64,000 nucleotides of DNA from a virus. This document shows, one piece after another, positions 26,024 through 35,454 of the stretch. A program made the position numbers and the translations under genes. Location of the stretch: IMG/VR virus record IMGVR_UViG_3300045988_168611, positions 1-64,000 of that record; one strand, 5' to 3'. How positions within the stretch are numbered: the first letter of the stretch is position 1; each line of letters begins with the position of its first letter. Below the pieces are notes generated by a model, which was not told the origin of the DNA, ran no database searches, and saw only the letters and a program-made list of their open reading frames with translations.

Positions 26024-28354
26024 ATGAGCTTGAAGCAGAGCATTGTTGTTGTCAACGAGTTCAGTGTGCCAACCCCAGGCGGGGGTAAACATGGCGGTTC
26101 TCGCGGTGGCACACCCGGTGCTTACGTGATGCGCTACATGGCGCGCAAGGGCGCAACCGAGCCTGTGACGCCCATTCGTCGACACGATACGGAAGACTTC
26201 ATCCTGCGCTATATGGCACGAGAGAGTGCCACAGAAAAAGCTGTGTCGAGGCATCAGCTCAAAGACAACGTGCTGCATGTGTCTGGGCAAGGCGGTGTTG
26301 CATTCGGTTATGGTCAGCCGTCACTGTCCGATGAAGGCGTGCGCCGTGCCAGTGCTGACATTCAGCGTTTGTTCGACGAGGGGCATACAGTGATGAAAAC
26401 CGTGCTGTCTTTCAGCCCTGAGTATCTTCAAGAGACAGGTGTTGTCCCCAAGGGCTTCGTCGCACAGAACAAGGGTGATTATCGAGGCCATATTGATCAG
26501 ATGCGTCTGCGTATGGCGATTATGCATGGCTTGGAGCGTATGGGGCATCGTTTCGATGATCTGCGCTACGTGGGTGTGATCCAGGTTGATACCCTGCATG
26601 TTCACTGCCACCTTGCCATGGTCGATGCCGGGCTCGGTCGACGTGTGCGTACAGAGAAGGGCATGCAACAAAAGGGCAAGCTCACCAGCACGGATATATC
26701 GCTGTTGCGACGCGGTGTTGACTCGTGGCTTGATGAGAACCAGCACGTGGCTCATATGTCCAGTGCTGTGGGCTATGAGCGCATGAACGTTGCTGCGTTC
26801 GTGAAGCGTTGGGCTCATGAGAAGGTGCTCGATGAGTCACTGCCTCAGTTGTTGTTGGCGTGCTTGCCTGCTGACAAGACGTTGTGGCGTTATGGGTCTC
26901 ATCGACCGGAGATGCGGCGCGCGAATAGTGTTGCAACAGAGCTCGTTACTGAGTTGCTCGATCGACCTGGCTCTCCCATGGGATCAGCCATGATCGCAGT
27001 CGAGACATATGCGAACCGTCGAGCTCAGCGAGAGGGTTTGGGCGATCGAGAGCGTCAGGCGCTTGTGCAGCGTGGTTATGACACGATTATGGAGCGCAGC
27101 GTCAATGGTCTGTACCAAGTGCTGCAATCTCTCCCACCCGAGGCTCTTTCTGTGCGTACACCGATGCTCAACGTGATGAGCCAGGATGTGGAGACGCTCA
27201 TGGTGACGCAATCTCAGCGCATGAAGACCCAGGCTCAGGGTATGAGCGCTGATGATGATCTGGTTGGATTCTCACTGCGCCTTCGATCGTATGGAGCTCG
27301 TCTACGAGAGCATGATACGCAGCGTGAGTATTGGCGTATGCGTGCTGCTGACTGGGAAGCCGGTCTTCAGGCAGGCGCGGTATCCCCACAATCCGAGGTG
27401 ATGCACAAGCTGTATCTGGAGGAAGAGGAATACCACGCTCGTTGCGTCAGTAAGTACCGATCGTTGCTCGGGCCACTAGCGGTAGGTGTTGACGGGCAGC
27501 GTCAGGATGACGACTCGTGGAAAGGCGTGTTGGAGTCGGTGGATAAGCGACGCGAAGCAGTCGTTGGTCTCGAAGCTCTGCTGGCAGATAGATCCATCCC
27601 GAAGATGAAGGACGCTGATGAAGCTGAGAAGCTCGGTGTTGCTGCCCATGGTGTGAGTGGTGGACGCTTGCTTGTGGCCGGTGGTAAGGCTGGTCGGACT
27701 ACGTTGAAGCAACGCTTGGAGCGAGCTCGTGCATCATTGGCTTCTCGAACAGCAGATCTTGTGTCGATGCTGTCCGGGAAAGGACTTGTATTGCAAGCGA
27801 TACAAGATGATGCGCGCGAGGATAATCAAGACGATCAGGGCGATCGTGGTGCTGTGAGTGTGGTTCCAGGGGAGCGATGGGCGCTGTCTCAGACAAAGGG
27901 TATGGATTTGCACGACGTGCGTTCTGATACTGTTGTCGACATGGCGCTTGGTCGCCATGTTGCCGATCGGTTCGTTACCTGGGCGCGCAGAAGGCGACAG
28001 CTTGTTGATGACGCTCAGGCGTATCTGCATGAGTCTGGTCAGGAAGACATTGTCGAGATGGTTCTTCCTCTCGATGATGTCCGTCGAATGAATCGTGTTG
28101 CTGATGATCTGGAACGCCAGATGTCAGCGAAGAAGACCGGGGATCTCATTCTCACGAGTGCTCTTAGTGATGTGGTGCCAGTAGCGAAACGTATTCGCCG
28201 TAGCGCAACAGTGAGTTTCGATGAAGGTCTTGCCGGAATCGTGCGGACAAGCACGTGGAGCGAGACTGAGCGTTTGGTACCTCAGCTGGAACAGGTGTTG
28301 GAAGAGAGCGAGACTTCATCAATGGATTCTATGGATTCCATGGAATTGGGATGA
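26024..28354 (+). CDS. relaxase (MOBQ-like N-terminal domain) with a long C-terminal extension
   Basis: GGSRGGTPGAYVMRYMARKGA resembles RSF1010 MobA SRSGGQSARAKADYIQREGKY (catalytic Tyr region). The histidine triad-like motif is IQVDTLHVHCHLAMV, with HVHCH at nt 26597-26611. Confidence 0.7.
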   Translation: MSLKQSIVVVNEFSVPTPGGGKHGGSRGGTPGAYVMRYMARKGATEPVTPIRRHDTEDFILRYMARESATEKAVSRHQLKDNVLHVSGQGGVAFGYGQPSLSDEGVRRASADIQRLFDEGHTVMKTVLSFSPEYLQETGVVPKGFVAQNKGDYRGHIDQMRLRMAIMHGLERMGHRFDDLRYVGVIQVDTLHVHCHLAMVDAGLGRRVRTEKGMQQKGKLTSTDISLLRRGVDSWLDENQHVAHMSSAVGYERMNVAAFVKRWAHEKVLDESLPQLLLACLPADKTLWRYGSHRPEMRRANSVATELVTELLDRPGSPMGSAMIAVETYANRRAQREGLGDRERQALVQRGYDTIMERSVNGLYQVLQSLPPEALSVRTPMLNVMSQDVETLMVTQSQRMKTQAQGMSADDDLVGFSLRLRSYGARLREHDTQREYWRMRAADWEAGLQAGAVSPQSEVMHKLYLEEEEYHARCVSKYRSLLGPLAVGVDGQRQDDDSWKGVLESVDKRREAVVGLEALLADRSIPKMKDADEAEKLGVAAHGVSGGRLLVAGGKAGRTTLKQRLERARASLASRTADLVSMLSGKGLVLQAIQDDAREDNQDDQGDRGAVSVVPGERWALSQTKGMDLHDVRSDTVVDMALGRHVADRFVTWARRRRQLVDDAQAYLHESGQEDIVEMVLPLDDVRRMNRVADDLERQMSAKKTGDLILTSALSDVVPVAKRIRRSATVSFDEGLAGIVRTSTWSETERLVPQLEQVLEESETSSMDSMDSMELG

Positions 28355-28362
28355 GATTCGCC

Positions 28363-28392
28363 TTGACATTCAGGATTTCTTTCATCTATGAT
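28363..28392 (+). promoter_or_regulatory. near-consensus promoter TTGACA-18 nt-TATGAT
   Basis: Hexamers read directly (28363-28368 and 28387-28392). Confidence 0.55.
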
Positions 28393-28490
28393 GAGAGAGC
28401 GCTGCATGGAACAAGTCCATGTATGTGAGAGGGCTGATTAACCCTCGACCGACATCCTGCGGGATGAGATGAGAAAGGAGGGTGGTCATT

Positions 28491-29054
28491 ATGGCTACTC
28501 TACGTGGTAAGGGTTCGATGAAGTCGGTGGAACTGGTCGTTGTGGAGTATCCCAACGCTCATTCCAAGGATGGCAAGCGTGCCTTCCTCGACGTGATGGT
28601 TCGACCTGTTGAGGGCGCTGCTCCTCAGCGAGTTCCTCACCTGGTTTCGACCAAGAAGGAACTCGACGGTAAGACCGTCTACGACCATCATGCTGGCTAC
28701 AGCGCTTCTCAGCGCGATGCGTTCGTTGCAGCTGCGGGCGATAACATCGTCCAGATGCCGGAGCGCAACGGTCGACCTGGTCCGACTGTTTACGCCATTC
28801 AGGCGGATGTCATGTCTGCCTCTGGCAAGCAGAAGGGCTTGGTCATCAACTCCAAGACGGTGAAGCCGTCCGAGTTGGAGCCGATCGACGAGAACATTCT
28901 CGATACGATCTACGCCTCTTCCAAGGCTGCTGCCGAGGCCGACAAGGCCCGTAAGGCTGCTGAGAAGGAGGCGCAGACTGAGGCTGCTGCTGAGGCCCAG
29001 GTTTCCGAGCCTGAGGTCGAAGAGGTTGCCGAGATCGACGAGCCTGAGTTCTGA
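28491..29054 (+). CDS. hypothetical protein with SSB-like architecture (folded N-domain, A/E/K-rich linker, acidic tip ...EIDEPEF)
   Basis: ATG 28491 after AAAGGAGGG. I could not confirm an OB fold by eye. Confidence 0.5.
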   Translation: MATLRGKGSMKSVELVVVEYPNAHSKDGKRAFLDVMVRPVEGAAPQRVPHLVSTKKELDGKTVYDHHAGYSASQRDAFVAAAGDNIVQMPERNGRPGPTVYAIQADVMSASGKQKGLVINSKTVKPSELEPIDENILDTIYASSKAAAEADKARKAAEKEAQTEAAAEAQVSEPEVEEVAEIDEPEF

Positions 29055-29076
29055 TCGAACCTGATCTTTCATGGTG

Positions 29077-29110
29077 CCGCCCCTGCTGGTTTTTCCAGTG
29101 GGGGCGGTTT
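29077..29110 (+). terminator. hairpin (13 bp, 2 G-U pairs) followed by a T-rich tract
   Basis: CCGCCCCTGCTGG-TTTTT-CCAGTGGGGGCGG, then TTTCCTGTTTC. Confidence 0.55.
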
Positions 29111-29139
29111 CCTGTTTCTATAGCAGTCACTAATTATGC

Positions 29140-29160
29140 TAGAATGACTGGTACACCAGT
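29140..29160 (+). promoter_or_regulatory. -10 TAGAAT (29140-29145, preceded by TGC) plus the palindrome ACTGGT-AC-ACCAGT at the predicted TSS
   Basis: Read directly. The ORF-track ATG at 29144 lies inside the -10 hexamer. Confidence 0.4.
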
Positions 29161-29197
29161 CGAATCGATAGAAATGATTGAAAGATGGAGGAAAGAT

Positions 29198-32100
29198 TTG
29201 TTTGATGATGATCGTTTGAACGATGCATACCCGCTGCTTCGAGACTTTGCGGCCAAGCTTTCGCCGCCTGCTCGCGATATTGTGGGCCGAGAGAATGAGA
29301 AGATCTCTCTGATGAGCTCTCTGGCTCGCCCTGAGATGTGTAACGTGATCCTGTTGGCCCCACCTGGTACCGGTAAGGCTCATCCGAATGATGAGTTGAT
29401 CCCTGTTGCCGATGAGCGTGGATACGTGCGTGTGGGTCTGCTCAAGGTGGGCGATCGTGTCTTTGATGAGCACGGTGAGCCTGTGACCGTAACGGGTGTG
29501 TTCCCTCAGGGAATCAAGCGCGAGTACGTTGTGGTGACGAACTATGGCGATCAGGTGCGTTGCAACGATGAGCACCTGTGGACGGTGCGATCGGTTGGTG
29601 ATGTAGAAGGTGCGCAGCGAACGATGTCGCTGCGCGAAATTATGGATGCCGGTTTTGTCGGATCTGACGGTGGCCCTATCTGGCAGCTTCCTGCCTCTGG
29701 TGCGCTTGTGCGACAGAGCCGTCTTCTTCCAGTTGATCCATATGTCTGTGGTGCTTTGCTCGGCTGGGGTGTTCGTATCGATGAGCGTGGGTACGTGACC
29801 GTTCCCAATGAGATGCCCGATGAAGTCTTTGCTGCTATCGAGGATCGCATGGGGTGGGAGCGTGTGCATGATGGTGGTGAGCGTTCGACGTTTATCAACC
29901 GTGCGACAGGTAAGCGTCTGACACCTGATGAGGTGATGACTCATCCGGTGATGACGAGTGTTTTTGTTAAGTCGGAGAATCAGCGTCATATCCCGTACAC
30001 GTACATCACCAGCTCAGTGAAGGATCGAGAGGCTGTGCTACGAGCGCTGCGAGACAGTGAGTCGTACCGTTTGTCCCAAGGGACTGTATGGGTTGTTGAT
30101 GCTGATATGCGTGAGCTAGAGCGTTCTCTCGATGCGATTGGTGATATGATCGCTGAGGTGATCGACACTGGTCGTGAAGTCGAGATGACGTGCATCATGG
30201 TCGACTCTGAGACACATCTGTACCAGGTGGGTCGAGCTCATGTTGTCACGCACAACACGGTGCTGGTGCAGTCCTGTATGCAAGATGATCCAGAGCGTAT
30301 CTACCTGGAAGTCGACATGGCGAAGATGATCGCTAACCTGTCGAATCCTGAAGAGATGGCTGCGCGCCTCAAGGCTCTGTTCGACGAGGCTGAGAGTTTC
30401 TCGCAAGCCGAGGGTCGAGAGATCGTGCTGTTCATTGACGAGTTCCATCAGGTGGTGCAGCTTTCTGCTGCTGCTGTGGAAGCACTGAAGCCGTTGCTTG
30501 CTGCCTCTGGTTCGCGTGGTATCAAGGTCATCGCTGCGACCACGTATGACGAGTTCAATGCTCATATCGCATCGAATCTGCCGCTTGTCGAGCGACTGGC
30601 GCGTATCAACATCCCTCAGACGAATCGTGAGGTGACGATCGCGATTCTGAAGGGTATGGCGAAGAAGTACGGTGTCGATGAGGGGATCTTCAACGACTCT
30701 CTGTACGAGCAGATCTTTGACTACACGAATCGGTACGTTCCTGCCTCCGTGCAGCCTCGTAAGTCGATCCGTGTGCTCGATGCGATGGTGGGACGCCATC
30801 GTTACCTGGGTGAGCGAATGGACAAGAAGCTCCTTGCTGATGTTCTCAAGATCGAGTTCGGTGTTGAGGTGGAAATTAACGTCGATGCTACAGAGATCAA
30901 GTCTGAACTGGATAAGCGCGTGTTCAGTCAGGATTTTGCTACCACATCGATCGCACGTCGTTTGCAGTTGTGTGTTGCTGGGTTGAATGACCCCAGTAAG
31001 CCGATGGCATCGCTGTTGTTCACGGGGGCCACAGGTACGGGCAAGGCCACTACAGATTCTACTCGTGTACCAGTTTTTTCTGAGGACGGTTCTGTGGCAT
31101 GGAAACTTGCTGGTGACCTTGTTGTTGGCGATTACGTGTTTGCTCGCGATGGCTCTCCGACGAAGGTCCTCGGAGTGTTCCCTCAGGGGGAACGCGACGT
31201 GTACCGAGTGACGTTGGTAGACGGACGCATTCTTGATGTTTCTGACAACCACCTGTGGGCTGTTTATCCCAATAGGAGTGGGGCGTATGATGGTCCGACA
31301 ATTTATTCGACTAAGACTTTGGGATCTCTGATGAATAAACAAAGCGCTGTTGAATATTTTGTTCCTATGAATCAGCCGGTGCAGTGGCCTACGGCAAATC
31401 TCCCTGTGGATCCGTATGCGCTCGGTGCGTTGATTGCTAATGGTTGGTTTATGGGCCGCGACCTTTCTATGTATTCAGGTATCGATGAAGACATAGTTGC
31501 TCGTGTTGGCCAAGCTATTGGTGCTGTTTCGTGGGATCAACCTCGGGGTACGCATTCGTGGTGTTTCCGTACAGATAAGGAACAAGAGGTTCAGAAGGCA
31601 GATGTGCTTGTTGGTTCAGCTTCTGAGTTGATTGGTGTGCATGAGCTATCGCTATTTATCCCTGAGCAGTATTTGAATGCTTCGATTGAACAACGGTGGT
31701 CTTTGGTTCAAGGGTTGTTTGATTGCGACGGTTATATTGATGAGTACGATCATTATCGTATTTCTTATGCCACAGAATCGAAACGACTTGCTGAGGATGT
31801 TCGTATCCTGTTGCTTTCTCTTGGGGTGCAATGTTGGATTAAACGACATGAACCACGTAAGGGTTTGTTTGCAGCGACTGAATACGAAGTTCGTGTGATG
31901 GCTCGTGTTTCGGATGAACCTCGTTTTTTCAGTCTTGATCGAAAGAAGCGCCTTGCCATCGAGGGTCAGTATAGGCATAGTCGAGCGTTGGAGAAGGCGT
32001 TCGATTACGTCGGTATTCGTTCTATCGAAAAGCTCGACGCGAAAGAGAGCATGACCTGTATCTATGTCGACAACGATGAGCACCTGTATCAGGCTGGTGA

Positions 32101-32926
32101 TTTCATCGTGACGCACAACACGGAGGTCACGAAGCAACTAGCGAAGATTCTTTTCGGTGATGATCAGCGGCACCTCATCCGGTTCGATATGACCGAATGG
32201 GGTCGTGACGACAGTGTGGATCTGTTCCGCGAAGAGTTGTCGCGTCAGGTGTGGGCAACCAGTCACTGCGTGCTGCTCTTTGACGAGATCGAGAAGGCGT
32301 CCCCGCTTGTCGTGCGTCTGCTGCTCCAGGTGCTCGATGATGGTCGACTCTCTGACAAAGATGGTCGACAGGTGTCGTTCTTGAACACCTACATCGTGTT
32401 GACGACGAATGCTGGTTCGGAGATCTATCGCACCATTGGCGAGTACAACGCCGATGATCACGGTAGTGAGGCCAGCATGCGTGAGTATGAGAAGGTCATC
32501 GAAGAGTCCATTAAGAGCACGGATGGCGGTAAGTTCCCGCCTGAGCTCCTGGGACGTATCGATGCGATCGTGCCGTTCCAGCCGTTGTCGCGGCCTACGT
32601 TGCGCAAGATCATGATGAAGAAGCTGAGTGCTCTCAAGGCTGATGTGAAGCGTAAGCACGGTATCGATCTGACGATCGATAAGCGTGTTGTCGACTTCCT
32701 GGTGGAAGATGAGTCGCGTAGTGATTCTGATGCAGGTGGTGCGCGTGACATGGTGCGTCGCATGCAGCGATACCTGTCGACGGAAGTTGCAGCGTTCATC
32801 AACGAACACCCCGAGGAACGTGTGATCGCAGCCAAGATTGACGGCACGCTACGCAGCGAAGATGTGAATATTTTGAAGTCTGATGCTCGTGTGGTTGTCT
32901 TGCCGTACGACAAGCCACAGGCTTAG
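29198..32926 (+). CDS. Hsp100/Clp-type double-AAA+ ATPase (no N- or M-domain recognised) interrupted by two inteins
   Basis: Likely start TTG 29198 (GGAGG 6 nt upstream) or ATG 29174. NBD1: PPGTGK|T, IVLFIDEFHQ, VIAATT. NBD2: GATGTGK|T, VLLFDEIEKA, VLTTNAGS, PELLGRIDAIVPFQPL. Confidence 0.8.
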   Translation: MFDDDRLNDAYPLLRDFAAKLSPPARDIVGRENEKISLMSSLARPEMCNVILLAPPGTGKAHPNDELIPVADERGYVRVGLLKVGDRVFDEHGEPVTVTGVFPQGIKREYVVVTNYGDQVRCNDEHLWTVRSVGDVEGAQRTMSLREIMDAGFVGSDGGPIWQLPASGALVRQSRLLPVDPYVCGALLGWGVRIDERGYVTVPNEMPDEVFAAIEDRMGWERVHDGGERSTFINRATGKRLTPDEVMTHPVMTSVFVKSENQRHIPYTYITSSVKDREAVLRALRDSESYRLSQGTVWVVDADMRELERSLDAIGDMIAEVIDTGREVEMTCIMVDSETHLYQVGRAHVVTHNTVLVQSCMQDDPERIYLEVDMAKMIANLSNPEEMAARLKALFDEAESFSQAEGREIVLFIDEFHQVVQLSAAAVEALKPLLAASGSRGIKVIAATTYDEFNAHIASNLPLVERLARINIPQTNREVTIAILKGMAKKYGVDEGIFNDSLYEQIFDYTNRYVPASVQPRKSIRVLDAMVGRHRYLGERMDKKLLADVLKIEFGVEVEINVDATEIKSELDKRVFSQDFATTSIARRLQLCVAGLNDPSKPMASLLFTGATGTGKATTDSTRVPVFSEDGSVAWKLAGDLVVGDYVFARDGSPTKVLGVFPQGERDVYRVTLVDGRILDVSDNHLWAVYPNRSGAYDGPTIYSTKTLGSLMNKQSAVEYFVPMNQPVQWPTANLPVDPYALGALIANGWFMGRDLSMYSGIDEDIVARVGQAIGAVSWDQPRGTHSWCFRTDKEQEVQKADVLVGSASELIGVHELSLFIPEQYLNASIEQRWSLVQGLFDCDGYIDEYDHYRISYATESKRLAEDVRILLLSLGVQCWIKRHEPRKGLFAATEYEVRVMARVSDEPRFFSLDRKKRLAIEGQYRHSRALEKAFDYVGIRSIEKLDAKESMTCIYVDNDEHLYQAGDFIVTHNTEVTKQLAKILFGDDQRHLIRFDMTEWGRDDSVDLFREELSRQVWATSHCVLLFDEIEKASPLVVRLLLQVLDDGRLSDKDGRQVSFLNTYIVLTTNAGSEIYRTIGEYNADDHGSEASMREYEKVIEESIKSTDGGKFPPELLGRIDAIVPFQPLSRPTLRKIMMKKLSALKADVKRKHGIDLTIDKRVVDFLVEDESRSDSDAGGARDMVRRMQRYLSTEVAAFINEHPEERVIAAKIDGTLRSEDVNILKSDARVVVLPYDKPQA
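29378..30256 (+). mobile_element. intein 1 (293 aa) in the NBD1 Walker A; class-3-like, with a degenerate LAGLIDADG region
   Basis: Begins with Ala after GTGK and ends VVTHN|T. Carries W in DEHLW (block B), C in MTCIMVD (block F) and T in THN (block G). Confidence 0.75.
31046..32119 (+). mobile_element. intein 2 (358 aa) in the NBD2 Walker A; class-3-like, with a LAGLIDADG homing-endonuclease domain
   Basis: Begins with Ala after GTGK and ends IVTHN|T. Carries DNHLW, MTCIYVD and the LAGLIDADG-type motif LVQGLFDCDGYID. The central part (about 31300-31960) is visibly AT-richer than its flanks. Confidence 0.75.
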
Positions 32927-32939
32927 TCATATCGAATCT

Positions 32940-33047
32940 GCTCGTATGCGAGCACATTTGGCACAAAGTGTGATACCCTCGTATACGAGTGCAAACACAG
33001 TGTGCTTGCCGGTACCTGCACACATTCCCAATGATGCAGGTACCGGC
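32940..33047. promoter_or_regulatory. palindrome-dense intergenic region
   Basis: Contains GCTCGTATGCGAGC (32940-53), CTCGTATACGAG (32978-89), GCAAACACA-g-TGTGCTTGC (32991-33009) and a 13-bp stem hairpin (33008-33047). Confidence 0.5.
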
Positions 33048-33082
33048 TCACATACAACCGAATCGATCGAAAGGATTTGTCT

Positions 33083-35356
33083 ATGCTGTTTGGTAAGAAG
33101 GACGACACCAAGGTCGTCGACGAGCAGGTTGCTTCTGCCCCTGTTCTTGATAAGAAGGCTCAGAAGGCTGAGGCCAAGAAGGCCAAGGACTCTCTGGCGC
33201 TTGTCATCGATGAGACGGAGCCCGGTGCGGCTCTTGATCTCATCCGTAACAACGAGCGTTGGGCACTCCCCAATGGGGCTGGTGTCATCCTGTCTCTCCC
33301 CGTTGATGCACCCATCGAAGAAGGCGGTATCGGTGGCCTGGGCAAGGTCTCGTCCAAGGGGGACGAGAACAAAGGCTCGATTCTCCAGCGAATCGCTGAC
33401 GATAAGATTCAGGTCCTGATGACCCAGGATATGCTTCGTCACAACATTTTGGGCATTATCCCCACAGAGCAGTCTCTGAGCCCCGAAGGCATGGGTGAGT
33501 ACACCCTCTTCGACAAGGCTATTTTCATGCTCACGTCTGTTGACACGCGCGATGGGGCTCTCGTTGTGAACCCGATTCACTATGACGAACTGGCCGGTGT
33601 TCTCGACGTGCCTACTGGGGATGCCGATACGGTTACCCTGGCTCAGGCTCAGGCTATCTCTTCTGGGGCTGTGTCTCTGGCTTCTCTGATCCCGTCGCTG
33701 TGGCGTCGTCTGGGTGGCGAGGTTGACACTGAGTCGGTTGATTCGGAGTCCGAGGATCTCGTTGAGGATATTCCCGCGCCGCCATCGACAGACCATGCAG
33801 ATGAGTCTCTGGAAAATGTCGACAATCTGCCGGATTTCGACCCCGATGAGGTTCCAGACGAGCCTCTGGAAGACGAGCTTCCGTTCGATGAGGGCTCGTA
33901 TGACGACGATGATTCTGACATTGAAGATCCGTTCAAGGATCTCGATGTTGCATCGGATGTTGACACCGAGTCTGAGACTGATTCGTTTGGGGATGTTCCC
34001 GAGGTCGCAGAGAACCCCATCCCTGCCCCTGTCGTCGACAACCGTGTCTTCGATCGTGAGGCGGTGCGCAACACGATGGCGCGCAGGTTCCTCGATGAGG
34101 ATCTGGGCTTCACTGTCGATATGACGCCCTTCGAGGCCCTGTTTGGTCATGAAGAGGACGAAGCAAGCCGTTTCTCGCTGGATCATCTCAGCGATGAGAA
34201 CTGGCTCGATGGTCAGATCAAGCTGCTGTCTCAGCAGGCGAATGATGCACTGGCCCAGCAGCGTCGTCGTGACATCAGTGAGCTGCGCGATCTTTTCTTC
34301 TCGCTCGTGTCCAACACGGGCGATGAGATTGCTGCCCAGATGAGCACCGGACCTGGTGCTGACAACGTGTGGGCTCAGACGTTGGCTGAGGCTGATGCGA
34401 ACGCCGAGAAGTCTCGTGAGAGCCTTGTGGACATCGTGGGTGCACAGCGCGCCGCCATCATCGCCAAGTACGAGAAGGATAAGGAAGCGGATGCGCAGGC
34501 TAAAGCCGTGGAGGCGAAGTCTCTCTACGACGTGCGGCACAAGCCCAGTCTCGATCGAGAACTCGATGAGATTGAACCGAATCTCCGTGCAACCATCGAC
34601 GAGGATTACACTCTTCGTCGTCGCCAGATTCTCGATGCGCGCAAGCAGTCTGCGCAGGCTTCTTTCGACGCGGCTCTTACTCGCGTGATGGATCACCTGA
34701 TTCAGAAGCGCTCTGAGCAGGTTGCCCGTGAAGCGGAGCTCATGGAGCAGTTCCGTGACGATATGGGTCAGTTCTTGGATGAGAATCGCAAGGAAGACAT
34801 CGCTCGTGCCGAGGCTCTGCGAGAGCAGTTGTCTCGTGAGAATATCGTCGAGCAGAAGACTGTTGAATTTGCTGCTCGTGAGAAGGAGCTGCATGAGCAG
34901 ATCGCGCGTGAGCGCGAAGAGGCCGAGAAGCGTGCTCTGGCTGCTCAGGAGGAAACCAATAAGACTCTGGCGCGTATGCGTGAAGAGTGGGCTGTTCAGT
35001 TGGCTCAGGCCAAGGCTGAGGTCGAGCGTGCGAATGCGCGCACGGAAGAGGAAGCCGCTCGTGTGAATGTGGTGCGTGAGGAAATCTCGCGTCAGTATGA
35101 GAGCCAGATTGCTTTCCTGGAGAACGATCAGAAGACGCTGATGGCGCAGATGGACCGTGAGAGCCTTGTCGCCAAGCGCGCCAATCGTCTCTACATCGCC
35201 TTGGCGGTGCTGGTCGCTTTCGCGTTCCTCGCACTGGGTGTCATCGCTGGCATTCTGATTCACACTGCGTTCGGTGATGCACATACCGCAGCTGCGGCGA
35301 TCGCTGATGTCTCGGCACAGGTGAGCACCAATAGCGCAGCATCAATCGGTGTGTAA
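33083..35356 (+). CDS. hypothetical protein: acidic disordered middle, long coiled-coil, C-terminal TM anchor
   Basis: ATG 33083 after AAAGGA. D/E-rich tract. E/R/A/Q heptad-like region. C-terminal LYIALAVLVAFAFLALGVIAGILI. Confidence 0.6.
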   Translation: MLFGKKDDTKVVDEQVASAPVLDKKAQKAEAKKAKDSLALVIDETEPGAALDLIRNNERWALPNGAGVILSLPVDAPIEEGGIGGLGKVSSKGDENKGSILQRIADDKIQVLMTQDMLRHNILGIIPTEQSLSPEGMGEYTLFDKAIFMLTSVDTRDGALVVNPIHYDELAGVLDVPTGDADTVTLAQAQAISSGAVSLASLIPSLWRRLGGEVDTESVDSESEDLVEDIPAPPSTDHADESLENVDNLPDFDPDEVPDEPLEDELPFDEGSYDDDDSDIEDPFKDLDVASDVDTESETDSFGDVPEVAENPIPAPVVDNRVFDREAVRNTMARRFLDEDLGFTVDMTPFEALFGHEEDEASRFSLDHLSDENWLDGQIKLLSQQANDALAQQRRRDISELRDLFFSLVSNTGDEIAAQMSTGPGADNVWAQTLAEADANAEKSRESLVDIVGAQRAAIIAKYEKDKEADAQAKAVEAKSLYDVRHKPSLDRELDEIEPNLRATIDEDYTLRRRQILDARKQSAQASFDAALTRVMDHLIQKRSEQVAREAELMEQFRDDMGQFLDENRKEDIARAEALREQLSRENIVEQKTVEFAAREKELHEQIAREREEAEKRALAAQEETNKTLARMREEWAVQLAQAKAEVERANARTEEEAARVNVVREEISRQYESQIAFLENDQKTLMAQMDRESLVAKRANRLYIALAVLVAFAFLALGVIAGILIHTAFGDAHTAAAAIADVSAQVSTNSAASIGV

Positions 35357-35383
35357 TGCACGATGGTGTGATCACATAGAACA

Positions 35384-35422
35384 AGAGGTGCGGTGAGGGT
35401 TATCCTTGCCGCACCTCTTTTC
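35384..35422 (+). terminator. intrinsic terminator AGAGGTGCGG/CCGCACCTCT followed by TTTT
   Basis: 10-bp stem with a T-tract, read directly. Confidence 0.7.
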
Positions 35423-35445
35423 TGTGTCTTTATCATCGTTTTCTC

Positions 35446-35454
35446 TGGTATGAT
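35446..35454 (+). promoter_or_regulatory. extended -10 promoter element TGGTATGAT
   Basis: Read directly, about 60 nt upstream of ATG 35514. Confidence 0.4.

Noticed and set aside
32927-35284. 785-aa minus-strand ORF
   Set aside because: It is antisense to the SD-preceded CDS 33083..35356 and is low-complexity and R/L-rich. Its start would lie inside a coding region. I treat it as a shadow ORF.
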